DNA of 64,000 nucleotides from Candidatus Cloacimonadales bacterium (GCA_963677495.2 CAXXOU010000003.1:96001-160000), one strand, 5' to 3'. Positions 1-14,108 are shown, counted from the first letter of the stretch. The notes: a model not told the origin generated them from the letters alone. Numbers and translations: made by a program.

Positions 1-761
1 ATTTTAGCATAGGTGTTGGTGCTAATTATTATTTAGGGAACAGAAAGACTAAGTTCACACAGGATTTTGTTGGTGTTGGTCCGGATATTGATACTGACAA
101 TCTAAACTCCGGTTATGACACTTTTTATGAGACAAGTGATGCTTATAAAAATCCCGGTTTCATGGCTGGTTTGGGTATGAGATTTAGTCATTTTAGTTTT
201 GGTGCTTCATATCATAGTGCAGTAGATTTAGATGACACAAGAAAATACAGTGGTATCTTGAACTCTTATGAGTTAGAGAACAATACATTTAAGCTCCCGC
301 AGACAATTATTGCCGGTGTAAGCACAAAGCCGATGAACACTCTTAAGGCGAATGTAGATTTCAAGTATGAGATATGGGAAGAATCAGATGTTTACACTGA
401 TCCGCAGAACTCATGGCGAGTTGGATTTGGTGTTGCTTATGAGCCTCTTTCCGGAGAAGATAAGTTCTTCCGCAAGATCCCGCTAAGAGCAGGTTATTCT
501 CTTAAGCAGTTACCATTTAAAGTAAATGGTTCCAATGTAATGGAAAGCACTATAACCGGTGGTTTCTCAATGCCAATCAAAGCAATATTCAGTAGAATAG
601 ATGTCGCTTATCAGCTTACACAACGTGGTAATGCTGATGATAATAATGTAGAGGAAATCTCTCATATGTTCATGATTGGAATGAGTGGGTTCGACATTTT
701 CAGAAAAAGAATTAAAAGAGATCAACCACGTGATATACCAATTGCTGAGGAACTCTATTAA
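1..761 (+). CDS. Outer-membrane beta-barrel protein (FadL/PorV-like), 5' end truncated by the window edge
   Basis: The frame of ORF 162..761 is open back to position 3. Alternating beta-strand pattern (GFSMPI..RIDVAYQ, WRVGFGVAYEP, LRAGY). Confidence 0.6.
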   Translation, partial: FSIGVGANYYLGNRKTKFTQDFVGVGPDIDTDNLNSGYDTFYETSDAYKNPGFMAGLGMRFSHFSFGASYHSAVDLDDTRKYSGILNSYELENNTFKLPQTIIAGVSTKPMNTLKANVDFKYEIWEESDVYTDPQNSWRVGFGVAYEPLSGEDKFFRKIPLRAGYSLKQLPFKVNGSNVMESTITGGFSMPIKAIFSRIDVAYQLTQRGNADDNNVEEISHMFMIGMSGFDIFRKRIKRDQPRDIPIAEELY

Positions 762-2317
762 TGCATTTTACATGGGACACAGATGATACGACCAGCGAGT
801 CCGCAGTTGACTCGCTTGTTCGAAAACGGAATTTGGGGTCAGAATATACTAACTCTGATTTGTCATTACTCCCCGACGAATCTCTACTCAAAGATATTGA
901 TATCGCAGTAAAGCGTATTTTTGATGCTATAAGGAATGATGAAAAAATCATAATCTTCGGTCACGACGACCCAGATGGTATCACATCCACATATATAATT
1001 TATGACTATTTGAAATCCCTTGGAGCAACTGAGTTAAGCTACTATATTCCTAACAGAGAAAAAGAACACCATGGTATTCAGAAAGGATTCATAAACTATG
1101 TCAAAAAGGGAAATCACAAGCTAATAGTAACAGTAGACAATGGCATTAGCTCAATAGATGGAGTGAAGAAACTTAGAGATATGGCCTGTGATGTAATTAT
1201 TACTGACCACCATATGCTTAAAGAGGAAGGAGCACCCCATTGTTATGCAGTTGTCAACCCTAAGCAAGAAGAGTGTAACTACCCCTTTGATATGATTGCC
1301 GGAGTTGGTCTTTCCTATCTGTTAACCAGATATATCTACAACTATTGTAAACATCATGCTATTATTGCAGAAGAACCGCCTCTTAAGTATGTGTTCTGGG
1401 CTGCTGTCGGTTCTATTACAGATAAAGTTCCACTAGTTGATGTGAACAGAAGAATTGTGAAACATGCAATTGATAATTTTGAGAAAATAAGAGATACTCA
1501 TATTGAAAATCTACGTCTTGCTTATGGAACCGTTAATAATCAGCAGCAAGCCTTAGAATTTATCACATATACCGGTTTGCTTCTTAACAATGGTAGAGAC
1601 CTTAATGGTAACCATGTAGGTATGGATTACCTTCTTGCTGAAGGTGATGAAATAGATCCGGTTTTGAATGAACTAATACAACTTAAGAGTGAGAATGATA
1701 AACGAGTAAAAGCAGTTACTGAATATGTTGACATGCTTATCAGTGGTTATGAAGGAGAAGGTTTTATCTACTTTGATGAGGCTGATAGTATTCCTTATCC
1801 CCTCTTAGGTCTTGCAGCTTCACATACCTGTTTTAACTTAAAGATACCGGCAATTTTCCTAAAACGTAAAGGTGATGATATTGTTTGCGAAGGACGTTGT
1901 GGCCCCGGTTTTAGCGTTTTGGAAGCATTTAGCTATTGCAGTGACACACTTCATCAGTTTGGGGGACATGTTAAAGCTGCTGGTTTTACAATGGCACCTG
2001 AGAACCTTAATGAATTTATTTTCCAATTTAATGGTTTCCTTGAGATGTCTAAGGATTCGATAGATGAGAATAAGATTCTTCAAATTGATGTAGCTATCGA
2101 GATAAAGGACTTGAACAACGACTTTTGGGAAAGATTACAAGAGCTACAGCCATATGGCATGGGAAATCCTGTACCGATATTATCTATCAACGCAGATAAA
2201 GGACAGTTAAAATCAGTAGGATTCAAACTCACGGGCGTGAAACTCCCTACTACCAACAAAAAGATTGCTTTCCAATGGATTAAGCGTAAAACACTTAATA
2301 TAATCGACTACAGTTAA
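761..2317 (+). CDS. recJ: RecJ-like DHH-family ssDNA exonuclease
   Basis: Motifs GHDDPDGITS, YYIPNR, TVDNGI, ITDHH, GGHVKAAG, PYGMGNP. Confidence 0.8.
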   Translation: MHFTWDTDDTTSESAVDSLVRKRNLGSEYTNSDLSLLPDESLLKDIDIAVKRIFDAIRNDEKIIIFGHDDPDGITSTYIIYDYLKSLGATELSYYIPNREKEHHGIQKGFINYVKKGNHKLIVTVDNGISSIDGVKKLRDMACDVIITDHHMLKEEGAPHCYAVVNPKQEECNYPFDMIAGVGLSYLLTRYIYNYCKHHAIIAEEPPLKYVFWAAVGSITDKVPLVDVNRRIVKHAIDNFEKIRDTHIENLRLAYGTVNNQQQALEFITYTGLLLNNGRDLNGNHVGMDYLLAEGDEIDPVLNELIQLKSENDKRVKAVTEYVDMLISGYEGEGFIYFDEADSIPYPLLGLAASHTCFNLKIPAIFLKRKGDDIVCEGRCGPGFSVLEAFSYCSDTLHQFGGHVKAAGFTMAPENLNEFIFQFNGFLEMSKDSIDENKILQIDVAIEIKDLNNDFWERLQELQPYGMGNPVPILSINADKGQLKSVGFKLTGVKLPTTNKKIAFQWIKRKTLNIIDYS

Positions 2318-2916
2318 TGAAGCCACTACTTAAGGAAACTTTAAGAAAAGCAATTCATATTAGTTCGCTATTGCTACCCCTTTCCTATCGGTATCTACTA
2401 GGTTCGAATAAGCGAATTTCGTTTTGGGTCTTTTTAATTCTGGCAATAATATCACTCATTATTGATTTACTAAGACTTGAGCAGTTACATTTCAAGCGCT
2501 ATTTCATGCGTTGGTTCGGGCAAATCTTAAGAAAGCATGAATATGCCGGATTCACAGGTGCTACATTCATGATGATTGCACATCTGATTTGCATTACAGT
2601 GTTCTCAGCTGATATTGCATTTCTGGCAATGGCCTTCCTGGCGATAGGTGACACTTTTGCTGCAATAGTTGGTATGAACTATGGGAAACGTAAGTTTCTT
2701 GGTTCCAAAAAAAGTTTGGAAGGTTCTTTGGGTTGCTTCCTATCCACATTTAGTTTTGCCCTTATTTACAGTGGCACAATCAATCCTGCGGTAGGTTTTA
2801 TAGGTGCGGTTACAGCGACTTTTGCAGAAGCTGTTAATTTACCGGTTGACGATAATTTTAAGATACCATTAATTAGCGGTATAGTTATGACCGTTACAGA
2901 TATATTTATAATTTGA
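2317..2916 (+). CDS. Dolichol/phytol kinase-like membrane protein (CTP_transf_1 / SEC59-DGK1 family)
   Basis: E.LRKAIH, GDTFAAIVG..YG, KSLEGS and DDNF.IP motifs; multiple TM helices. Confidence 0.75.
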   Translation: MKPLLKETLRKAIHISSLLLPLSYRYLLGSNKRISFWVFLILAIISLIIDLLRLEQLHFKRYFMRWFGQILRKHEYAGFTGATFMMIAHLICITVFSADIAFLAMAFLAIGDTFAAIVGMNYGKRKFLGSKKSLEGSLGCFLSTFSFALIYSGTINPAVGFIGAVTATFAEAVNLPVDDNFKIPLISGIVMTVTDIFII

Positions 2917-2924
2917 GGTTAAAT

Positions 2925-3869
2925 ATGTTAATCAGTTTCATTATTCCAGTATTGAATGAGAGCGAATCATTAGAACAGCTCTACTCGGAGATCATTCAAA
3001 ATGTCAAACCACATGAGCATGAGATTATCTTTGTCGATGATGGTTCTACTGATAATAGTTTGGAAACTATGAAACAGCTTGCAAAGAGAGATAACAAAGT
3101 CAAGATAATCTCCTTTAGAAGAAACTTCGGTAAAGCAGCAGCATTACAAAATGGTTTCAATATAGCAAATGGAGAAATCGTTTTCACAATGGATGCAGAT
3201 CTACAGGATAATCCTAATGATCTACAAAACTTCCTAAAAAAAATAGACGAAGGATATGACTTAGTCTCCGGATGGAAGAAAAAAAGATTAGACCCTATCA
3301 ACAAAAGATTACCCTCAAAGTTCTTTAATGCCATCACATCATCATTCTTTGGTATAAAACTACATGACTTCAATTGTGGCTATAAAGCGTATCGAAAAGA
3401 GGTTATTAAGGACGTTGACTTATACGGTGAGTTGCACAGATATATACCAGTTTTAGCCCATACAAAAGGATACAGAATTGCTGAGTTAGCTGTTCAGCAC
3501 AGAGAGAGAAAACATGGTAAATCTAAGTATGGTTTTGAGCGCTATATGCGTGGATTTCTTGACTTACTATCAGTTGGTATGGTAACTATGTTCCGAAGTA
3601 GTCCGCTTTATTTGTTCGGAACCTGGGGTGCTTTTTTCGTTATTTCCGGTAGTGTAATTTCTCTTTATTTGACAATAATGAAAATATTCTTTCAAATGTC
3701 TTTAACAAATAGACCCCTACTTTTCTTAGGAGTTCTATTAATATTAGTAGGTATGCAATTCTTCTCTATTGGTCTTGTATCTGAGTTAATTGTAAGTAAG
3801 ACTCATAGATTGACCTTGGGAAGGAATATCTCGATAAAAGAAAAAGTTAATATTGATCAGGAGGTATAG
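2925..3869 (+). CDS. GT2 polyprenyl-phosphate glycosyltransferase (ArnC/GtrB-like)
   Basis: IIPVLNE, VDDGSTD, RRNFGK, MDADLQD; two C-terminal TM helices. ATG 2925 follows a GAGG RBS. Confidence 0.85.
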   Translation: MLISFIIPVLNESESLEQLYSEIIQNVKPHEHEIIFVDDGSTDNSLETMKQLAKRDNKVKIISFRRNFGKAAALQNGFNIANGEIVFTMDADLQDNPNDLQNFLKKIDEGYDLVSGWKKKRLDPINKRLPSKFFNAITSSFFGIKLHDFNCGYKAYRKEVIKDVDLYGELHRYIPVLAHTKGYRIAELAVQHRERKHGKSKYGFERYMRGFLDLLSVGMVTMFRSSPLYLFGTWGAFFVISGSVISLYLTIMKIFFQMSLTNRPLLFLGVLLILVGMQFFSIGLVSELIVSKTHRLTLGRNISIKEKVNIDQEV

Positions 3870-3872
3870 ATT

Positions 3873-4451
3873 ATGAAAAAGGTTTACCTTATTCTTATAG
3901 GGATTTTGTTATCAACATTATGTTTTTCACTTGGATACTCTTATGATGACTTTGACACAGTTACAAGAGGTGTAACTGACACTTCAAAACTTATTGAAAC
4001 ATACAGAGACTTCATTGAGAATGCTAATGACTTAGAAGTATTGAAAATGGTTGAAGATGTTTGGATGGTTATGGATGAGGCAAGTCTCAGATCTCATCTG
4101 ACTAAGATGTCAATGAAGTATCCTAAAGATTCATTGTACTACTTTCTTCTAGGTAGAATTGAAAAAGATCCTGTTTCAAAAATAAGCTATGCCAGAAAGA
4201 CAATTAAGAATGATAGAAGAGCTATTCATGGTTATGAAATGATGCTTAAGACTTATAATGACTACTTCTTCGGTAATGAGACACTCTCTCCAAATCAAAT
4301 TCAATCCTTATCTATTAGTATCAAAAAAGATAAACGTTATGGAAGAGAGTTGCTTAGACAGGACATGTATAATCGTATTGGAATAGCTTTTGATACAAAT
4401 TACGTTAAGTATAAAGCAGAGTTAAAAGCTGCAAAGAAAAGAAAAAAATAA
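3873..4451 (+). CDS. Hypothetical exported helical protein
   Basis: 192-aa ORF with a signal peptide, in operon context. Confidence 0.6.
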   Translation: MKKVYLILIGILLSTLCFSLGYSYDDFDTVTRGVTDTSKLIETYRDFIENANDLEVLKMVEDVWMVMDEASLRSHLTKMSMKYPKDSLYYFLLGRIEKDPVSKISYARKTIKNDRRAIHGYEMMLKTYNDYFFGNETLSPNQIQSLSISIKKDKRYGRELLRQDMYNRIGIAFDTNYVKYKAELKAAKKRKK

Positions 4452-4472
4452 CTTTTAGATACAATTTATTAT

Positions 4473-4508
4473 GACAGATTGAGCTTCAAAGCTTAATCTG
4501 TCTTTTTT
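4473..4508 (+). terminator. Rho-independent terminator
   Basis: gacagattgagctt..aagcttaatctgtc hairpin followed by T6. Confidence 0.6.
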
Positions 4509-4519
4509 AAGAGGATGAA

Positions 4520-7322
<2,803 letters not shown>

Positions 7323-7323
<1 letters not shown>

Positions 7324-8630
7324 TGAAGATATTAGAACGTTACATTTTGAAAGAGCACTTCGGACCGTTTTCGGTCTCATTGCTTGTTGTAACATTCGTG
7401 ATTCTGCTTGAGCAGATATTAGATATTCTCAATGTGATTTTTGAGAAGCAGTTACCAATTGGAATGGTTATGGAAGTGTTTGCACTTTCGCTACCATTTA
7501 TTCTGGCTTTATCAATACCGATGTCAGTACTAATGGCATCTCTAAATGCTTTCGGCAGACTTTCAACAGATAGTGAGACTACTGCTATGAAAGCATGTGG
7601 TGTCGATGTTTATAGTAAAACCGGTCCCCTCTTTGTTGTTGCAATACTTCTAGCAATTTTCATGGTATATTTTAATAATTCAGTGCTTCCAGAATCAAAC
7701 CATAAATTGAAGAATATGACATTAAAGATTGCCTACTACAAACCGATGTCTTCAATAAAAGCCGGAGAGTTCACAACTATTCAGGATTACACAATATATG
7801 TTAAAGAGAATGATGGTTCTGAAATGAAAGGCATTATCATTTTCGATAAATCAAAAACCAGATTCCCTCATACTATCGTTGCTGAACGTGGAACAATAAC
7901 ACAGAGTAAAGAGGGAACTTCTCTCCGTGCTGTTTTATACAATGGACAAATGCATGAAAGACTTGATGCCTCTAAAGATGAGTATCAATTAAGAAACTTC
8001 GAGAAGTTCATTCTCAATATTAGTGAAATCGGTAACCAAGAGGAGTTTGAAGAAACCAGTTATCGCAGTGATAGAGAGCTTAGTAACTCTGAGCTGAGAG
8101 TTCGTATCGATGAGACTGAAAAAGAGATAACTAAAGTCCAAAGTGAGATTCTTGATTTAAACGAGAAACTTACTTCCACTCGTGAAGACGAGAGTGTAAC
8201 CCAAAAGAGTAAGAGAACTCGTAGCACAAAAGCAATGATAAAGCTTAAAAATGATAGATTAGAAGATCTTAAAGAGGATATTCGCTCTTTCAAAGTAGAG
8301 ATACATAAGAAATACTCAATAAGCTTTGCAATAATTATATTCGTAATGATTGGTATACCTCTTGGTATGATGACTAAGACAAGTGGAGCAGGTACTTCTT
8401 TTGCTATCAGTTCTGTTGTCTTTCTTATATATTATATTAGCTTAGTTGCGGGTGAATCTCTCGCAAGTAAAGGTTTTGTATCTCCATTCCTATCGATGTG
8501 GATATCAAACATAATCTTCCTTGTAATAGCTGTAATCTTAATATATCATTCAAGACGTGAGAGCCAGCTATTCGACGTTAATCAACTCGTGAAGAAGATT
8601 GGTTCATTAGCAAGAAGGAGAAAGAAATGA
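7323..8630 (+). CDS. lptF: LPS export permease LptF (with a coiled-coil insertion)
   Basis: MKILERYILKE start, GRLSTDSE.TAMKACG, 3+3 TM layout; paired with the next gene. Confidence 0.85.
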
Positions 8631-9715
8631 GAATCCTAGATCGTTACATGATTAAAGAGTTCTTACGAACTTATCTCGTTATCCTACTTGCTTTCTTCAC
8701 TATCTTTATTGTTATTGATGTAATAGACCATCTACCTAAACTGATTAGAAATGGAGCAACTTTCCAGCAATCAATCGTATATTACATACTTAGGTTACCA
8801 CAACTATTTGTCCTAACTTCACCAATCACAGTACTTTTAGCAGGCCTATTTATGATGAATGGGTTGGCTAAGTATAATGAATCTGTTGCTGTGCGTTCAG
8901 CTGGTATAAGTATAACCCGAATGGTCACTCCAATACTTCTTATTGGTTTCCTGATATCTATAGCTAATCTTGTTATAGGAGATAGAATTCTACCTTTAGC
9001 TGAATCGAAACGGGCGTATGTATATCGTGTACTTATTAAAAAGCAAACTATGGAGGATCGCAAGATTCGCTCCAAGATTCATTACGTTGGTACAGATAAT
9101 AGCTTCTATTATATAGGTTATTTTAATGGCTATGTTAATCAAATGAAAGTTGTTGATATTACCAGATTCTCTCCCAAAACAGGAGAGGTTATTGAGAAGA
9201 TATCTGCAGCTAAAGCCCTTTGGAAAGATGACCATTGGCTCTTTGTTGATTGTGATGTTAGAGCTTTCAGGGGTAAGAAACCTGTTAGTTTCAACCATTA
9301 CGAGACAACTAAGTTCAATTTTGTTGATGTCACACCTAAAGACTTTATCCAGCGAAGTACCAAAACACTGACCATGAACTATAATGAGTTGGAAGACTAT
9401 ATTGAAAGTCGGAAGAAGATTGGCGATGAATATGTAGAGGAACTTGTAGATCTCTATACAAAACTGACCTATCCTCTTGCAAACTTTATTATCCTATTCT
9501 TCTGTGTACCGGCTGCTTCAACCAACTCTAGAAGTAAACAAAGAGGTTGGGTTTTCCTCTTCGGAATTCTTGTCTGTTTAATCTACCTCAGTACTCTAAG
9601 GATATGTCAAAGTCTGGGTTATAATGAAGTACTTGTTCCATGGCTTGCTGCTTGGTTGCCAAACATTATTTTTACCCTTATAGGTCTTTACTTCTTAAAG
9701 CGTGCTGAGATTTAG
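8627..9715 (+). CDS. lptG: LPS export permease LptG
   Basis: MRILDRYMIKEF, NE.VAVRSAGIS, AAWLPN. Confidence 0.85.
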   Translation: MRILDRYMIKEFLRTYLVILLAFFTIFIVIDVIDHLPKLIRNGATFQQSIVYYILRLPQLFVLTSPITVLLAGLFMMNGLAKYNESVAVRSAGISITRMVTPILLIGFLISIANLVIGDRILPLAESKRAYVYRVLIKKQTMEDRKIRSKIHYVGTDNSFYYIGYFNGYVNQMKVVDITRFSPKTGEVIEKISAAKALWKDDHWLFVDCDVRAFRGKKPVSFNHYETTKFNFVDVTPKDFIQRSTKTLTMNYNELEDYIESRKKIGDEYVEELVDLYTKLTYPLANFIILFFCVPAASTNSRSKQRGWVFLFGILVCLIYLSTLRICQSLGYNEVLVPWLAAWLPNIIFTLIGLYFLKRAEI

Positions 9716-9761
9716 TCTATAAACTCTGAAATCCTGTTTTACCTTATCTCCTGGAGTAACT

Positions 9762-10565
9762 ATGAAGAGAACATTTGCTATATTGCTGTTAGCATTAACA
9801 GCATATCTAGTCTCAACCCCGTTTCCTACCGTTGATTATGACTCATCAATGGATTATCAGGGAGATGAACTCGCAACAAGGTCCACTAACCCTCGGATCA
9901 CTGAAATAGCACATATAACAACTAACCCGGTACTTAACCAAAATGAACTTGAGGCACAACAATTATGGCATGCACTTGTTGATACTGTATTTACAAATGG
10001 ATTGAACAATGAACGCTATGTGTCTGATCCAAACTATTATAAACAGTTTACCCCTAAAGAATTACCAGGGAAGAGCTGGAATGGCGTCAAAGTTTTTTAC
10101 ATGCAAAACCTTGCCAACTATTTACCTTTTCACAACTTAGCTACTTATAACAATAAAGCATATCTATTACCTCAACATTATGATGTACTAATTTCTGACA
10201 TTGGATTACAAGTGACACTACAAAACGCACAATCTCTTTCTGAGCGATTAATCCATTTATCAACTTCATCAAATACTTCAATATCCTCTTCAATCCAATT
10301 GAACATAACGTCAGACTATGATTGTGCTGCAATGTTCGGAATATCTTTCTGGGAAGAAAGAAATGGTTACAAGTATAATTCTGAAATAACTATTAGAGAT
10401 TGGAATGGGACATTAGAGTTTGGGTCAATTTGGATAAAAAGAATTGGTAATCAAAATGAACAAACAGTAATTGAGGATAACGACAATAGAGATTATGGTT
10501 TCATTGGAAATGAACCTTTCTATCTTTCACCTAGCGAATTACGTGAACCTTTTTTTCTTAGATAA
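9762..10565 (+). CDS. Hypothetical secreted protein
   Basis: 267-aa ORF with GGAG RBS and signal peptide; no recognised family. Confidence 0.55.
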   Translation: MKRTFAILLLALTAYLVSTPFPTVDYDSSMDYQGDELATRSTNPRITEIAHITTNPVLNQNELEAQQLWHALVDTVFTNGLNNERYVSDPNYYKQFTPKELPGKSWNGVKVFYMQNLANYLPFHNLATYNNKAYLLPQHYDVLISDIGLQVTLQNAQSLSERLIHLSTSSNTSISSSIQLNITSDYDCAAMFGISFWEERNGYKYNSEITIRDWNGTLEFGSIWIKRIGNQNEQTVIEDNDNRDYGFIGNEPFYLSPSELREPFFLR

Positions 10566-10688
10566 CAAAGAAGCAAGCTAACTCTTAATTCCAGAATTCC
10601 TCCACTACATCCACTCAGTCTCTGTAATACTCCCCTTCGAAGATCGCTATGAGTCCAACTCCGTTTGGTCACTATGACTCCAGCTTAT

Positions 10689-10721
10689 AAAAATAGGGCA
10701 TAGCAATCTGCTATACCCTTT
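10689..10721. terminator. Probable bidirectional terminator between convergent genes
   Basis: agggcatagca..tgctataccct hairpin with A/T-rich flanks. Confidence 0.55.
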
Positions 10722-10738
10722 CAAGACATTATCTTGTC

Positions 10739-11956
10739 TTATTTAGCTTTCAAGATTTTTCCTGTTTTAAGAGTATTTCTATTATCTGACACTTTATAGA
10801 AATAGATTCCTGTTGGAATAGATTTCATCTCTAATGTGTTATCTCCGGGAACAATCTGTTCAGTAAACACTTTTCTACCTCTCACATCATAACATGTAAA
10901 CTTGTAGTTTGAATCACTTTTAATACTAATTCTATCAACAAAAGGATTAGGATACAGTGAAACATCAACCTGCGGTTGGACTATATCTTCATTCGATGTT
11001 GAGTTAGGTCTAACTTTAATATCTGTTGGAGACATACCTACTGTGTACTCTACCTGGAACTCCTCATTCATGTTAAACTCTTTCAAGGTTCCATTTGATC
11101 CCCATTGTGAATCAACTATGAAAAGCTTATCAGAAGTACCATAAACTAAAGAACCTGGGGTTGAAAAGCTGTTAGTAAATGTATAGACTGCTGAGAAATC
11201 AGTAGGATCATATGCATACATACCGGCATTATTACCATCTGCAACATATACCTTTCCATTCTCTGCATACCACATGTTTCCAAGGTAACCACCTAAATCA
11301 ATTGTGCTTGTTACAGTATTAGTAGCAGGATCTATAACATTTATCGAACCTGTGTTATCACCCCATGCAGAGGAGCATGCTACATGTACTTGAGAATCTA
11401 CAATAGTTAAATACTGTGCATTCGCACTAACATCAACTAAAGTATCAACCACAAAACTACTTAAATCAATTACTGCAACTTGGGAATCAGTGTAACTGGG
11501 ATATGAGCCTGAACATGCAACATATAGCTTTTCATTAAGTACAACTAAACCGGCAGGTCCTACTCCAACTGATACATTGCCAACAACTGTATCTGTATTC
11601 AGATCGATTTTGTAAACTGTATTAGTCAACAATCCTGAGACATAAGCATAATCACCATATAGAACTATATCATAAGGATTACAACCGGCTGCTACTATTA
11701 TGTTTGCAAGTGTTGCACCACTATCCAAGTCTATCTTTTGAATAGCATTATCTCCCGAGTTCACTACATAACCATAATCTTCAGTTAAAGCAATGCGATT
11801 TGTGTAAAGTCCCAGTGTAGCGAAGTCGTTGTCAACTTCACCGGTTTCAGTGTTAAACTTAGTGAGTGTCTCACTTGTAGAGTTCACTATGAATATCTCA
11901 AGTGCACTCAGATTAATCAGAATTAAAAGAAAAATGATTACTAATAGTTTTCTCAA
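10739..11956 (-). CDS. YncE/BtuG-like beta-propeller with a C-terminal T9SS-type sorting domain
   Basis: Propeller repeats (YVVNS, LYVACS, VIDP.T..V), tail LYPNPF..YDVRGR..GIYFYKV, last gene of the B12 operon. TTG start after GGAGG. Confidence 0.75.
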   Translation of the reverse strand: MRKLLVIIFLLILINLSALEIFIVNSTSETLTKFNTETGEVDNDFATLGLYTNRIALTEDYGYVVNSGDNAIQKIDLDSGATLANIIVAAGCNPYDIVLYGDYAYVSGLLTNTVYKIDLNTDTVVGNVSVGVGPAGLVVLNEKLYVACSGSYPSYTDSQVAVIDLSSFVVDTLVDVSANAQYLTIVDSQVHVACSSAWGDNTGSINVIDPATNTVTSTIDLGGYLGNMWYAENGKVYVADGNNAGMYAYDPTDFSAVYTFTNSFSTPGSLVYGTSDKLFIVDSQWGSNGTLKEFNMNEEFQVEYTVGMSPTDIKVRPNSTSNEDIVQPQVDVSLYPNPFVDRISIKSDSNYKFTCYDVRGRKVFTEQIVPGDNTLEMKSIPTGIYFYKVSDNRNTLKTGKILKAK

Positions 11957-11966
11957 TTTCTTCCTC

Positions 11967-14108
11967 CTATATATTTATTTTTATTATGTAAGATAATGTA
12001 TAGTTGATTCCCGGCTGGGGTATGTAAGCTACTACCTCATACTGTTCATCAAGAATGTTGTCTAATCTACCTGTCAGCAGATGTTCAAAATTCCCCGTCC
12101 GGTACTTATAGCTTATTTCTGTATTCAGTAATCCATACTCATCTAACGGATCAATCTTGTTATCCTGCGTAGTCCATTGTTTACCGGTATGCCTCCATTC
12201 GAGCATAAGATTCAGATTCTTTAGCTTATATACAAGTGTTGAGACTACCTGGTATTCTGGTATATATACTATGTGATTATCATAGAAAACACTCTCTTCT
12301 CCATCTATTTTGGTTTTATCAAGTGCTTCTGTAAAAGTACAGCTCGTATTAAAAGTAAGGTTCTTAATAGGTTTTAGTTCAACACTAACCTCATGATTAG
12401 TTATTAGAGATTTGCCTACATTCTTTGGTTTCCATACTCCACCAAACACAGAACTTCTAATCCAATAGATCATCTTGTTGATTTCATTTCTGTTTAAACC
12501 ATATTTCAGTTTCACAATCTCAGGATAAGCAACTGATGTTGATAGTTGCCAACCTTCTGACTCCTCTGCTTCTAGATCAGGGTTTCCTACAGCTGAGGGA
12601 TAACCCTTCCAGTATAAGCTCTCCAAAGATGGAACAGTAAAGCCGGTACCGTAACTTAAACCCAAGTTGACTTTCCAAAGATTTTCATATGTGACACCTG
12701 AGTACAATCTACCACTCAGGAAGTCACCAAAGTTTTTGTAATCATCCCATCTCAGAGATGCATCACTTCTGAAAGAAAAGTCCCCAACTCTTGGTTTAAG
12801 ACTGATAGCTGAGGAACCGGCATAAGAACTGTTCTCTTTTTCTGGAACGGAGTTTATTGAGTTGACATAGTCCTTAGATGAGTATGTTTCATAAGCATAC
12901 TCCAACCTACTATTCAGCTCAATAAGCTCAGTTCGTTTGTTCCAGCTAAGATTTGCCCCACTTTTACTTAGTTTATTATCATTATGTGTTTTCAGCATCG
13001 CTGAAGGAGTTGATGATTCTGTATTATCAAAGTCAGAGTCACTTTTATGATAATATCCTTTGAAACTAACTCCCCAATCATGCTCTAAACTCAGATTATG
13101 CCTTGTGATAATTCCGGTCTGCTCAGCTTTATCATAATGCATCTCGAAGTTATAACCTCCCGGCATCTGCTTCTCAAAGTCTTCGTACATCCCGTTATAA
13201 GATACAAGTGCCCTTTTAAACGGTATCTCCAGTTTTAGATTAACATCATAGATCTCTTTGCCGTTATTCTTACGATTAGTAGTATATGACTCCTGATTCA
13301 CATAATCTCTTGTCTCATACTCATAATCATTATCTGTATCTAACCTGGAAGCAATAACACTCCAGTTCAATCTTGCTGTTGAGCCTTCAAAACCGACCGT
13401 TTCTTTATTAAATCCAAATGAACCTGCTCCTAATCCAACAAATGGCTTAAAAGTTCCTTTATTTAGCTTTTTTGTAGTAATAACTACTGCTCCGGCCATC
13501 GCTCCTGATCCTACGCTAACAGATGCATTATTCTTAACAATTTCAACTGATTCAATCGATTCTGCAGGAATAGTAGAGATATCAAAACTTTGACCTGATG
13601 GATTCATTACAACACCATCAACAATAATTGCTGTATGCCTCTCTGAGTGCCCTAACAGGGATATTGTATTTTCTTCACCTTTTAACCCTGCATTCCCGAT
13701 TCTAATATCTGTTCTTGAGCTGAAAAGGTCTGCTGAATTGTCATAGACTCTATCATCATTGTGGATGACAATCTTCTCACTATCCCCAAACTTAAAGACA
13801 GGTTCCATGCGTTCAGTTGTAACTTTGATTCCCGCTAACTTGTATGATGATTTATTTAGTACTATCTTACTTTCCAGCTCTTTACTATTCAGAGTTAATC
13901 TCTCATACCCTGGTCTTATAAACTCTAAAGAGTCAGAGCTCACATACACATTTAAAATCCCTTCATCATTCGAGTAAAATGCTCTTCCCTCTGAAATCAC
14001 TAAAACTTTATCTATAGGCTTATTATCTTCATCAACAATCACTATTCGTTCTGCAAATAGAGATAAGCAAGCCATTAAGGTAATTATTAAAGCAATACTT
14101 TTATTCAT
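11967..14108 (-). CDS. btuB: TonB-dependent cobalamin receptor (BtuB-like)
   Basis: Plug motif IESVEIVK..GSGAMAGAVVITT, GNPDLEAE, NILDEQY; lies downstream of a B12 riboswitch. Confidence 0.8.
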   Translation of the reverse strand: MNKSIALIITLMACLSLFAERIVIVDEDNKPIDKVLVISEGRAFYSNDEGILNVYVSSDSLEFIRPGYERLTLNSKELESKIVLNKSSYKLAGIKVTTERMEPVFKFGDSEKIVIHNDDRVYDNSADLFSSRTDIRIGNAGLKGEENTISLLGHSERHTAIIVDGVVMNPSGQSFDISTIPAESIESVEIVKNNASVSVGSGAMAGAVVITTKKLNKGTFKPFVGLGAGSFGFNKETVGFEGSTARLNWSVIASRLDTDNDYEYETRDYVNQESYTTNRKNNGKEIYDVNLKLEIPFKRALVSYNGMYEDFEKQMPGGYNFEMHYDKAEQTGIITRHNLSLEHDWGVSFKGYYHKSDSDFDNTESSTPSAMLKTHNDNKLSKSGANLSWNKRTELIELNSRLEYAYETYSSKDYVNSINSVPEKENSSYAGSSAISLKPRVGDFSFRSDASLRWDDYKNFGDFLSGRLYSGVTYENLWKVNLGLSYGTGFTVPSLESLYWKGYPSAVGNPDLEAEESEGWQLSTSVAYPEIVKLKYGLNRNEINKMIYWIRSSVFGGVWKPKNVGKSLITNHEVSVELKPIKNLTFNTSCTFTEALDKTKIDGEESVFYDNHIVYIPEYQVVSTLVYKLKNLNLMLEWRHTGKQWTTQDNKIDPLDEYGLLNTEISYKYRTGNFEHLLTGRLDNILDEQYEVVAYIPQPGINYTLSYIIKINI

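Noticed and set aside
10590..10685. Another phased-repeat element downstream of ORF 9762..10565
   Set aside because: CTCC/ACT-rich with a weak gagtc/gactc pairing, but I could not establish regular spacing or a solid stem.
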